A DNA stretch of 64,000 nt from Candidatus Krumholzibacteriota bacterium (GTDB lineage Bacteria; Krumholzibacteriota; Krumholzibacteriia; JAJRXK01): the NCBI GenBank assembly GCA_963764625.1, contig CAVXTH010000009.1:1062292-1126291 (forward strand), in the 5' to 3' direction. Below the pieces are notes generated by a model. It was not told the DNA's origin. It saw nothing but the letters and a program-made list of their open reading frames with translations, and did not search any database. The first letter of the stretch is position 1, and the number at the start of each line of letters is the position of its first letter. A program made the position numbers and the translations under genes. Below are positions 30,703 through 38,971 of the stretch, piece after piece.

Positions 30703-30754
30703 TGCGCGTGAACCGGACCCGGCCGCACGAACTCGACGAAGGAGTTGATTTGAG

Positions 30755-31333
30755 ATGCCCGCTACCATTCGCTTGACCCGCATGGGTCGCAAGAAGCATC
30801 CCTTTTACCGCCTCGTGGTCCTGGACAGTCGCGTGCGCCGCGATGGCGACTACATCGACAAGCTCGGCCACTACAATCCCTTCGTGGAGCCGCGCGAGGT
30901 CGTGATCGACCACGACAAGGCGATCGAATGGCTCCAGAAGGGCGCGGGCATGTCCGACACCGCTCGCTCCCTCCTGCGCAACGAAGGTGTCCTCTATCGC
31001 TGGCACCTCAAGAAGAGCGGCCTCGCAGTGGGGGAGATCGAATCGAAAGTCGAGGAATACCGCGCGCGCCACGGCTCACGCCTTCAGGCCACGCGCGAGC
31101 AGTTGAGTCAATCCCGCGCCGCGGAGCTTCAGAAACGCGAGGACGCCGAGAAAGCCTACCTGAAGGCGAAGATCGCCAAGGCCGAGGGCTCCGCTCCCGA
31201 GGAGGAAGCGGGCGAAGCGGCTCCGGCGGAGGCCAGCGCTCCGAAGGAAGTGGAGGAGGAGAGCAAGGCTCCAGCTTCAGAGGCCCCGGCCGAGGTAGCG
31301 CAGGAGCCCGAGAAGGGATCGGACGAGTCGTGA
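30755..31333 (+). CDS. rpsP: 30S ribosomal protein S16 with a long C-terminal extension
   Basis: IRLTRMGRKKHPFYRLVVLDSR...RDG...LGHYNP...WLQKGA. Confidence 0.96.
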   Translation: MPATIRLTRMGRKKHPFYRLVVLDSRVRRDGDYIDKLGHYNPFVEPREVVIDHDKAIEWLQKGAGMSDTARSLLRNEGVLYRWHLKKSGLAVGEIESKVEEYRARHGSRLQATREQLSQSRAAELQKREDAEKAYLKAKIAKAEGSAPEEEAGEAAPAEASAPKEVEEESKAPASEAPAEVAQEPEKGSDES

Positions 31334-31560
31334 GGAAGCTCGTCGAAACCGCGGTGAAGGGAATGGTCTCCCACCCGGAGCGCGTCAAAGTGGTGGAGAA
31401 CCGTGAGGGACAAGTCCAGCAGTTCAAGGTCCGGGTCGATCCTGAGGATCGGGGGCGAGTCATCGGCCGCCACGGAGCGACCGCTTCGGCCCTGAGAACG
31501 CTCGCTTCCGGAGTCGCGCGGCGAAATCGAATTCGCGTGGAGATCGACATCATCGACTGA
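31330..31560 (+). CDS. khpA: KH-domain RNA-binding protein KhpA (UPF0109)
   Basis: GTG overlaps the rpsP stop. DRGRVIGRHGAT KH GxxG motif. rpsP-khpA-rimM synteny. Confidence 0.9.
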   Translation: MRKLVETAVKGMVSHPERVKVVENREGQVQQFKVRVDPEDRGRVIGRHGATASALRTLASGVARRNRIRVEIDIID

Positions 31561-31578
31561 AGTTCGGTCGTGAGAGCC

Positions 31579-32109
31579 ATGTTCGTGAGTATGGGTGAGC
31601 TTGTTCGCGCGGTGGGCCTTCGCGGGGAGCTGAAGTTCCTTCCTGACGGAGACTTCCTGGCTGAGGTCATGGAGAGTCCCTATCTGCGAAGTCGGCGGGG
31701 TCAGGGTCCTCCCCACGCGCTCACCCTGGAGCGTGCGCGCACGCAAGCGAACGGTCTCGTGCTGAAATTCGCGGGAGTCGACGACCGCGACGGTGCGGAA
31801 GCGATGGTGGGGGAGAGTCTCGGTTTTCTGGCGGAGGATTACGACCGCCCTGATTTCCCCCGGCCTCGAGAGCCCCATCCATTCGTCTACCACGGACTGC
31901 GGGTGGAGACGGTGCAGGGAAAGCTCGTGGGGGAGGTGGAGGGTGTGATGGTCCTTCCCGCCAACCTGGTGTTGCAAGTGCGCGAGGCGGATGGAACGAC
32001 CGAGCATCTCATCCCGGTCATTCCTCCGGTGATCAAGAACTTGGATCGTGAGGAAGGACTTCTTCTCATCGAGGCCATACCGGGCCTCTTGAGTGAAGAG
32101 GACGAATAG
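31579..32109 (+). CDS. rimM: Ribosome maturation factor RimM
   Basis: VRAVGLRGELK, KFAGVDDRDGAE, HLIP, IPGLL. Synteny. Confidence 0.92.
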   Translation: MFVSMGELVRAVGLRGELKFLPDGDFLAEVMESPYLRSRRGQGPPHALTLERARTQANGLVLKFAGVDDRDGAEAMVGESLGFLAEDYDRPDFPRPREPHPFVYHGLRVETVQGKLVGEVEGVMVLPANLVLQVREADGTTEHLIPVIPPVIKNLDREEGLLLIEAIPGLLSEEDE

Positions 32110-32131
32110 AGCCTCCACGAGAAGGCCGGTC

Positions 32132-32830
32132 GTGCGTATCGATCTCGTCAGTTTGTTTCCCGAGATGTGTCGGGCCGTGCTGAGCGCGGGAGTGGTGGGA
32201 AGGGCCATCGAGGCCAAGCTGGTGGAGGTGGTCGTCACCGATCCCCGGCAATTTTGCGAGGATCGGCACGGAGTGGTGGATGGCCCGCCGTATGGCGGGG
32301 GACCGGGTATGATCCTCCGGGCGCCGCCGCTGGTCATGGCTGTCGAATCCGTGCGGCGGAGGGGAGCCCAAGTCGTCTTGATGAGTCCCACAGGCCGGAC
32401 CTTCGACCAGGAGCTGGCCCAAAAGTGGACGAACGAGGACCAGCTCATCCTGGTCTGTGGGCGGTACAAGGGGTTCGACGAGCGAATCGGAGAACTCCTG
32501 AACGCGCAAGAGCTCTCCCTGGGCGATTTCGTTCTCTCGGGAGGAGAGCTGGCGGCGCTGGCGGTGCTCGATGCCGTCATTCGCAGAATCCCCGGAACTC
32601 TGGGGGACATGGATTCCGCGGACGGAGATTCTTTCAGCCGCGGACGCGAGGGCCTTCTCGACGCGGCGTGCTACACCCGACCGCCGGAGTATCGCGGTCT
32701 GGAAGTTCCGGAAGTTCTGCTTTCGGGCGATCACGCCGCCATCGAGCGATGGCGCAAGCAAAGCAGTCTCACTCGAACGCGAGCGAGGCGCCCCGATCTT
32801 CTGGACGACCGCAAGGACGAGTCCGGATAG
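32132..32830 (+). CDS. trmD: tRNA (guanine37-N1)-methyltransferase
   Basis: SLFPEM, VDGPPYGGGPGM, CGRYKGFDER, GDFVLSGGE, YTRP, LSGDH. Confidence 0.97.
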   Translation: MRIDLVSLFPEMCRAVLSAGVVGRAIEAKLVEVVVTDPRQFCEDRHGVVDGPPYGGGPGMILRAPPLVMAVESVRRRGAQVVLMSPTGRTFDQELAQKWTNEDQLILVCGRYKGFDERIGELLNAQELSLGDFVLSGGELAALAVLDAVIRRIPGTLGDMDSADGDSFSRGREGLLDAACYTRPPEYRGLEVPEVLLSGDHAAIERWRKQSSLTRTRARRPDLLDDRKDESG

Positions 32831-32844
32831 CAGGAGGTAGGAAA

Positions 32845-33219
32845 GTGAGCATCATGGACGCGATTCGCAGGCAGGGCCTCAACCCCGAGGTTCCGTCCTT
32901 CGGAGTGGGTGACACTCTGAAGGTGCACGTTCGCGTGCAGGAAGGGCAGAAGACGCGGACGCAGATCTTCCAGGGCATCGTCTTGGGCAAGAGCGGCGGC
33001 GGAATCGAAGAGAGCTTCACCATTCGCAAGGTGAGTTCCGGAATTCCGGTGGAGAGAGTGTTTCCACTACACAGTCCCAGCGTGCAGAAAATCGAGCTCG
33101 TGAAGCGAGGTCGGGTGCGGCGCGCGAAGCTGAATTATCTGAAGGGTCGCATCGGAAAGTCCGCGCGCATCGCCGAAAAACGCAATCACAAGAAGGACGC
33201 GGACAAGGCGGAAAATTGA
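32845..33219 (+). CDS. rplS: 50S ribosomal protein L19
   Basis: RBS AGGAGGT then GTG. FGVGDT, VERVFPLHSP, GRVRRAKLNYL. Confidence 0.97.
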   Translation: MSIMDAIRRQGLNPEVPSFGVGDTLKVHVRVQEGQKTRTQIFQGIVLGKSGGGIEESFTIRKVSSGIPVERVFPLHSPSVQKIELVKRGRVRRAKLNYLKGRIGKSARIAEKRNHKKDADKAEN

Positions 33220-33854
33220 ATTCTCGACTCGCTCGCTTCGATCGCAGACTCGCGCACGGCCTAGGCACGCGCTGCTTGGCCGGAGTCGACGAGGTGGGCC
33301 GAGGTTGCCTGGCTGGACCGGTGGTCGTCGCCGCCGTCGCGCTTCCCATCGGGGCGGAGATCGAAGGGGTCGACGATTCGAAGCGACTGAGCGCCCTGGC
33401 GCGCCAGCGCGCGTTCGATCGTATCATCGCCTCGTGCGTTGGTTGGAGCGCGACCGCGGTCTCCGCCGCGGAAGTCGACGAGAGGAACGTACTGGCCGCC
33501 TCCCTTCTGGGAATGGAACGCGCTGTGGGGCGGCTCAAGCTTCCTGTCGATTTAATCCTGGTCGACGGCAATCAACTTCCAAAGGATTTGCCGACCACCG
33601 CCCTGGCATTGGTCAAGGGGGATGGAAAGAGTCTCTGTGTCGCCGCCGCCAGCATCGTGGCCAAGGTCCTGCGCGATCGGATCATGCGCCGCTGGGACCG
33701 GCGCTATCCGGGCTACGGTTTCGATCGCAACGTCGGATATCCCACCCCCGAACATCAGCGCGCGTTGCTTGCGAAGGGACCTTGTCCACTCCATCGGCGC
33801 AGCTTTGCTCCCGTGCGCGCCGCGATGGCCCGTCAACTCCAACTGGCAGGTTGA
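33216..33854 (+). CDS. rnhB: Ribonuclease HII
   Basis: GVDEVGRGCLAGPV, DSK, VDGN, KGD, AASIVAKV, HRRSF. Confidence 0.96.
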   Translation: MNSRLARFDRRLAHGLGTRCLAGVDEVGRGCLAGPVVVAAVALPIGAEIEGVDDSKRLSALARQRAFDRIIASCVGWSATAVSAAEVDERNVLAASLLGMERAVGRLKLPVDLILVDGNQLPKDLPTTALALVKGDGKSLCVAAASIVAKVLRDRIMRRWDRRYPGYGFDRNVGYPTPEHQRALLAKGPCPLHRRSFAPVRAAMARQLQLAG

Positions 33855-33929
33855 GCGCGCGCGACCACGCTCTTTGAGCTCTTACCCCAGCCTCCTCGCA
33901 CCTGTCCCGTCCTCCCTTCGACCAGAGAC

Positions 33930-34304
33930 ATGAATCAGGAACGACGAGCCGTGTATCGAGGGGCGCTCGCCCAAGAGATGGCCGCTCTCTATCTGCGCCT
34001 GCGCGGGTATTCCATTCTGGATGCCAATCGAAGGGGAGGGGGCGGGGAGATCGATCTTTTGGCGCGGATTGGCACGACCCTGGTTTTCGTGGAAGTACGC
34101 TTGCGCGGCAGGGGATCATGGAGCAGCGCGGCGGAGTCCGTCGGACGGCAGAAACGGGCTCGCCTGCGAGCGTGTGCCCGGCACCTTCTCTCGCATCGTG
34201 AGGACTTGCGCTGGCCGGGTCGCCAACTGCGCTTCGACGTGGTCGCGCTCGATCTCGGCGAGGACGGATGCCGCCTTGCGCACCTGAAAGCGGTCGCGAT
34301 ATGA
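33930..34304 (+). CDS. yraN: YraN family (UPF0102) endonuclease-like protein
   Basis: GEIDLLA, LVFVEVR, RFDVV. Follows rnhB. Confidence 0.9.
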   Translation: MNQERRAVYRGALAQEMAALYLRLRGYSILDANRRGGGGEIDLLARIGTTLVFVEVRLRGRGSWSSAAESVGRQKRARLRACARHLLSHREDLRWPGRQLRFDVVALDLGEDGCRLAHLKAVAI

Positions 34305-34377
34305 GGGCCATTGCTCTGAACGCCCTTGTGGCGGTAGCTTGTAGAGGATTCGACTCTCCCCTGACTCGGCAGCCGCC

Positions 34378-37300
34378 ATGACCAAGTACTTTCCGGTCCT
34401 CCCGTTCGTGTGTTTTGCGCTGGTGCTCCTCAGCGCAAAGGGGAATGCCGAGGTCAGGCCCTTGGACGCCGATCATGGCGCATGGCCAACTCCCGATTTC
34501 AAGTCCTCGCTACCCTTGCGCGTGCGTTGGTTCTTCACCCCCGACGATCCGATGATGGCTGAGGCGCGGTTGAAACAGTCGAGCAGCGTGCAGCTGAAGG
34601 GTGTGCTCACGGGCCTCGATGGTCGCTGGATTCTGGAGGCCGAATTCGACAGCCTTCAGGCGGTGGAAGCAAGCTTTGGACTGCTCGGCACTCTGGTGCG
34701 TGATCGCAGTGGCACCCCCGCTCTCTCGCGGACCACCGCGCTGGTGGGGGTCAGGCCGCGGGTGTGGGACCAACTCGATCTGAGAGGCGACATGGCGTCC
34801 ACCGTGGCCATCCTGGACAGCGGATGCGACGCGGCGTGCGACGACTTGGGCGACATCGACTACGACAATGTCGATGAGCCGTTGCTCCATGCGGGGGATG
34901 CGGACGACTGGAGCGATGCGCTCGGTGGCATCAGTCCTGATCCACGCATCCGAATCGTGGGTTGGCACGACGTCACCAACGACGTGAGCGGATCCGACGG
35001 TCCCTATGACTATCACTACCACGGGACGGCATTGGCCAGTGCCGCCTTTTCCTCGGGGCGAAGCGGCGACGAACATCGCGGCGTCGCGCCTGAAGGACGA
35101 TTCGTAGTGGTCAAGACCTACAATTTCGAAGGGCGCTGGGAAGTCTGGGCCAGCGATTTGTTGCTGGGTATTCAATGGGTCCTGGACCACGTGCAGAGCC
35201 ATCACATTCACGCGTGTCTCATCGGCGCGGTGTGGGACCAGGACTTGGGGATTTCGACCGCGGTGCAGGCTCTACTCGACGCGGGCGTGGTGGTGATCGC
35301 ACCGGCGGGGAACGACCGCAACGGGAGCATGGGATGGCCGGCGCGCCTGGATGGAGTGATCTGCGTGGGCGCCACCGACGCGGACGGCCGAGTCGCCGCC
35401 TACAACACGCCCGGCTTGACGGCGAACTCGCGCCCCGACCTGGTGGCGCCGGGCGGCGGGAGCGACCCGTTGACCGGCCCCATCGTCTGCGACGACAACG
35501 AGCCCGACGACACCTTTCGGGGTCGGGTCGGCACCAGCATCGCGGCGGCCCACGTCGCGGGTGCGGTCAGCTTGATCTCTCAGGCCCTGCGCGAGAGCGG
35601 CAGACCGTGGAGGTATCAACTCGAGCAGACGCAGTGGATCCAGCAGCTCTTGCGAGCCACCGCGGTCGAGACCCAAGCCGCAGAGCCGGGCGCGGCTGGC
35701 GTGCCCCCTCTGGATCACGGGGGCTTCGACCCGATCGAGGGCTACGGTCTGCTCCAGGCGGATGCGGCGGTCAACGCGGTGAGAAGGTCGCTCTGGCCGG
35801 GAGAAGCGGAGGACTTTAGCCTGGGGTCGCCGGTGAATTCTTCCGCGGTGTGGGCGGCGCGGATGCCTCTCTCTGGAGCCACGGATCTGCGTCTGGAACT
35901 CACCGTTCCCGGCGCGGCCGACTTCGACCTGATGCTCTACCGCGAAGACCTCGATGGCTTCGTCCTCGTTGACAGTTCGAGCACGCCGGCCCTCGGCGCC
36001 CTGGAGAGCCTCGACTTGGCCGGGCTTTCGCCTTCGAACTATCTGCTGGTGGTCAAGCGTATCGCGGGCGAGGGACAGGCCCGCCTCAAGTCCATCGTGA
36101 ATTTCTTGGGAGACACTGCGTGGCCGATCCTCCTCTCCGACCAGGCCGCGAGTGAACCGGTTCCCCATGATGTCGATGGGGACGGGGCGGAGGAGATCTT
36201 CCTGAGCTACAACGTGGCGATCCTCGACACGGGCCATTTGATTTCGATGAACGCCGCCAACGGGCGGCCACGCTCCCCCTTTCCGCGTGACTTCTTCACC
36301 CCCACCACGCGACCCGGTCAGTTGAGTGGGGTCGCGGTCGGAGACTTGGGTAGTGGAGAGGAAATCGTGTTCGGTTCGCAGTTCGGGTCGGTCTATGCGA
36401 TGGATTTCGCGGGGCAGTTCACCCTCCAAACCGAAGTAACTCCGGCCCTCCCCACGAGCGCGCCTTCGCTGTGGGGAGATGGGGCGCAGACCCGCATCCT
36501 GGTGGGAACGACCGAGGGCGCCGCCATCCTGGATCCCGCGGGTCAGGTGGTGGATCGTTGGCTCCTGGGCGGTACGAGCAATGGTGAGCTCGCCCTCGGA
36601 GATTTGAACGGAGACGGCGCCGAGGAAATCGTGGTCGGTGTTGCCTCGACGGTACACGCGCGCACCATCGACGGAAGTCCCGTCAACGGGTGGCCGGTGG
36701 TGGAAGACGCGTCCTCCCGAATCACTGCCCCCTCGATCTTCGGGGGAACGGGGGGACCCGCGGTCTTCGTGGGAGAAATTCAAGCCAGCGGCGCCGCCCG
36801 GATCTTGGGGCTTTCGGGCGGTGCGGCTTCTCTTCCCGGATTTCCCGCCGCGCTCTCCGAAGAAGGTTCGGTCATCGCGATGGGGGATCCCGTCGTCTCG
36901 CAAGTGGGGGGCGCGGGGCCGGTCGTGCTGTGTGCGGTTCTGGTGGCGCGTGCCGACCAGAGTCTCTACGCACGGATCCACGAGGTGGACCTCTCGGGCA
37001 GGGACCAGCCGCTGGCTTCGTTGGAACTCGCCGGACCCGTGTTTCGTGACTCGGTCTTCGAGATCCTCCGAAGCGATCTCTCTTCGGTATGTGTTGGTGA
37101 CTTGGTGGAGGGGGCGGACCCCGAACTCTATTTCAGCCTGCAGCTCGCGTGGCGGGAGAAGCAGGCGCAACCGTCGACGGAATTGCGGTACGGAAGCACC
37201 CGCCGGATCGTGGCCTACCGTGAGGGCGTGATCGATCCTCGCCTCCAATGGGATTTGGCCAGCTCGCACCCGATCGACGAGGCCAAGGCGCAAAAACTTC

Positions 37301-37806
37301 CGGCGATCGCGTGGAAGCTCGCTCCCGTCATCACGGATCTGGACCAGGACGGCCGGTCCGAGATGCTGATCGACCGCGGCTTCCGTGTCTTCCTGCAGGA
37401 AGGCGAAGTAGGGAGCACCACGCCCGCGAGCTACTGGAGCACGCCCCGCAATGGTCCCAAGAGAAGCGCCTGTTACGAATGCGGCCAACAGCCCAAGCTC
37501 GAAAGCGGCGCAACCCCGACCCCCTCGCCGCGTGCCCTGAGCTTGAAAGTTCTTCCAAATCCCTTCAATCCGAGAACGGTGCTCGAGCTGACCAGCACCA
37601 GGGCGGGATGGGCCAGACTCTCCCTCGTCGATGCGCGGGGACGCAGGGTCAAGGAGTGGGGTTGTCAGCTGGAGCCCGGCGTGCCGCTCAGGGAAGTGCT
37701 GGAAGGCACCGACCACGAGGGGAGGAGCCTGGCCAGCGGAGTCTATCGGGTGGTGGCGGAGGTGGACGGCCAGCGCGTCATTCGTGCGGTGACTCTGGTG
37801 CGCTGA
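34378..37806 (+). CDS. Secreted S8 subtilase with PPC-like domain, FG-GAP-like repeats and FlgD-Ig/T9SS-type C-terminal domain
   Basis: Signal peptide. Triad ILDSG / HGT / GTSIAAAHVAG with oxyanion AGN. DFDLMLY. DxDGDG repeats. C-terminal PNPFNP...DARGRRV...LASGVY. Confidence 0.9.
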   Translation: MTKYFPVLPFVCFALVLLSAKGNAEVRPLDADHGAWPTPDFKSSLPLRVRWFFTPDDPMMAEARLKQSSSVQLKGVLTGLDGRWILEAEFDSLQAVEASFGLLGTLVRDRSGTPALSRTTALVGVRPRVWDQLDLRGDMASTVAILDSGCDAACDDLGDIDYDNVDEPLLHAGDADDWSDALGGISPDPRIRIVGWHDVTNDVSGSDGPYDYHYHGTALASAAFSSGRSGDEHRGVAPEGRFVVVKTYNFEGRWEVWASDLLLGIQWVLDHVQSHHIHACLIGAVWDQDLGISTAVQALLDAGVVVIAPAGNDRNGSMGWPARLDGVICVGATDADGRVAAYNTPGLTANSRPDLVAPGGGSDPLTGPIVCDDNEPDDTFRGRVGTSIAAAHVAGAVSLISQALRESGRPWRYQLEQTQWIQQLLRATAVETQAAEPGAAGVPPLDHGGFDPIEGYGLLQADAAVNAVRRSLWPGEAEDFSLGSPVNSSAVWAARMPLSGATDLRLELTVPGAADFDLMLYREDLDGFVLVDSSSTPALGALESLDLAGLSPSNYLLVVKRIAGEGQARLKSIVNFLGDTAWPILLSDQAASEPVPHDVDGDGAEEIFLSYNVAILDTGHLISMNAANGRPRSPFPRDFFTPTTRPGQLSGVAVGDLGSGEEIVFGSQFGSVYAMDFAGQFTLQTEVTPALPTSAPSLWGDGAQTRILVGTTEGAAILDPAGQVVDRWLLGGTSNGELALGDLNGDGAEEIVVGVASTVHARTIDGSPVNGWPVVEDASSRITAPSIFGGTGGPAVFVGEIQASGAARILGLSGGAASLPGFPAALSEEGSVIAMGDPVVSQVGGAGPVVLCAVLVARADQSLYARIHEVDLSGRDQPLASLELAGPVFRDSVFEILRSDLSSVCVGDLVEGADPELYFSLQLAWREKQAQPSTELRYGSTRRIVAYREGVIDPRLQWDLASSHPIDEAKAQKLPAIAWKLAPVITDLDQDGRSEMLIDRGFRVFLQEGEVGSTTPASYWSTPRNGPKRSACYECGQQPKLESGATPTPSPRALSLKVLPNPFNPRTVLELTSTRAGWARLSLVDARGRRVKEWGCQLEPGVPLREVLEGTDHEGRSLASGVYRVVAEVDGQRVIRAVTLVR

Positions 37807-38668
37807 GCGGATCCGGCTCGAGATGGCGATCGATGCCGCCCTTGAGCTTTCGTTTCATCCTACCGAGCAAACTGCTCCGCTCCTCGATGAGCTCGCGGAC
37901 GCGTGGGATCCCCTCTTTGGCGGTTTGATACCCGATCTCAATCATCTCCTCCGCCGCGCCGAGATCGAATCCACCGAAATTCGAAAGGTCCGGCCGCAGG
38001 ACCAGATCAGCCAGCCTTCCCGAGGCGCGCGCGTTGCGGGACGCGACGAGACTCGTGACGCGAAGCATCATTCCCAGTAGGTTCTTGGGCGCCTGACTGT
38101 AGTTGCGATACGCGCCCAGGTTGACGCCCACGTTGACGGCGGCCCGCGCGGTGAGCAGGGTCTCGATCGGCATGTATTCGATGACGCCACCGTCGGTGTA
38201 GAGGCCACCGTCGATCTCCACCGGCGCGAAGATCTGTGGAATGCTGCATGAAGCGCGCACTACCGGCGCGACCCGACCCTGACGGAAGACGGTCTTGGCG
38301 CCCGTCAACAGATTGGTGGTGACGACGAGCACCGGAGGGTCCAGATCTTCGAAGCGAATGTCGCCCAACAACTCCACCATGAACGCTTCGATGGGATGAC
38401 TCGAGAGCAGTCCAAGGCGCGGCACTCCCACTGCCGCAAGCTTGCGCCAGTTGAGAACTTTGGCACGCTCGACCAGCTCCTTGGGGGAGAGTCCGGCCGC
38501 GTACGCCACCGCGATCACGCTGCCTCCGCTGGTGCCCGAGAGCACGTCGGGCCTCAGATTCTCCTCCTCGAACGCCAAGAGGACGCCGATATGAGCCAGG
38601 ACTTTCGCGGTTCCGCCGGATAGCGCGAGGCCGAGGGCTGGTGGATTGGATCGTGTGGTCGTTCCCAT
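37778..38668 (-). CDS. Patatin-like phospholipase
   Basis: LALSGGTAK..AHIGV, GTSGG nucleophile, ASCSIP, DGG. 3' end overlaps the S8 gene by 29 nt. Confidence 0.92.
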   Translation of the reverse strand: MGTTTRSNPPALGLALSGGTAKVLAHIGVLLAFEEENLRPDVLSGTSGGSVIAVAYAAGLSPKELVERAKVLNWRKLAAVGVPRLGLLSSHPIEAFMVELLGDIRFEDLDPPVLVVTTNLLTGAKTVFRQGRVAPVVRASCSIPQIFAPVEIDGGLYTDGGVIEYMPIETLLTARAAVNVGVNLGAYRNYSQAPKNLLGMMLRVTSLVASRNARASGRLADLVLRPDLSNFGGFDLGAAEEMIEIGYQTAKEGIPRVRELIEERSSLLGRMKRKLKGGIDRHLEPDPLSAPESPHE

Positions 38669-38971
38669 GTGCACCTCGGAGAGAGTCGCGAACCGCGCCG
38701 CGAGTGGGTGGTTCGCGGCGAAACCTCCAGCCGGAGGCTTCCGCCACTATCCTCGCCTGCCTTGCTCTCGCATGCAAGGATTCCGCCGGAGGCCGAACCG
38801 TTCGGAGCGCACAACCCCTTTTCATTTGGCCGCCCTGATGGCGATGCGCTACATTTCATGACTTCGAACGGCATCGGAAAGGGCTGAGAGGCGCGAGGGC
38901 TAGAGGGCTTCCGCGATGAGCTGTGACCTCCCCTTCAGAGGCGAAGCGGGCCGCGCCCCCCAATCTCGGAA

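Noticed and set aside
35272-37716. 814-aa antisense ORF
   Set aside because: Mirror of the S8 protease gene with no domain signal.
38686-38722. T-box-like GGGTGGTTCGCG upstream of leuS
   Set aside because: It lacks the UGGNACC bulge and a terminator. It is simply one arm of a CGCGAACC/GGTTCGCG hairpin by the patatin start.
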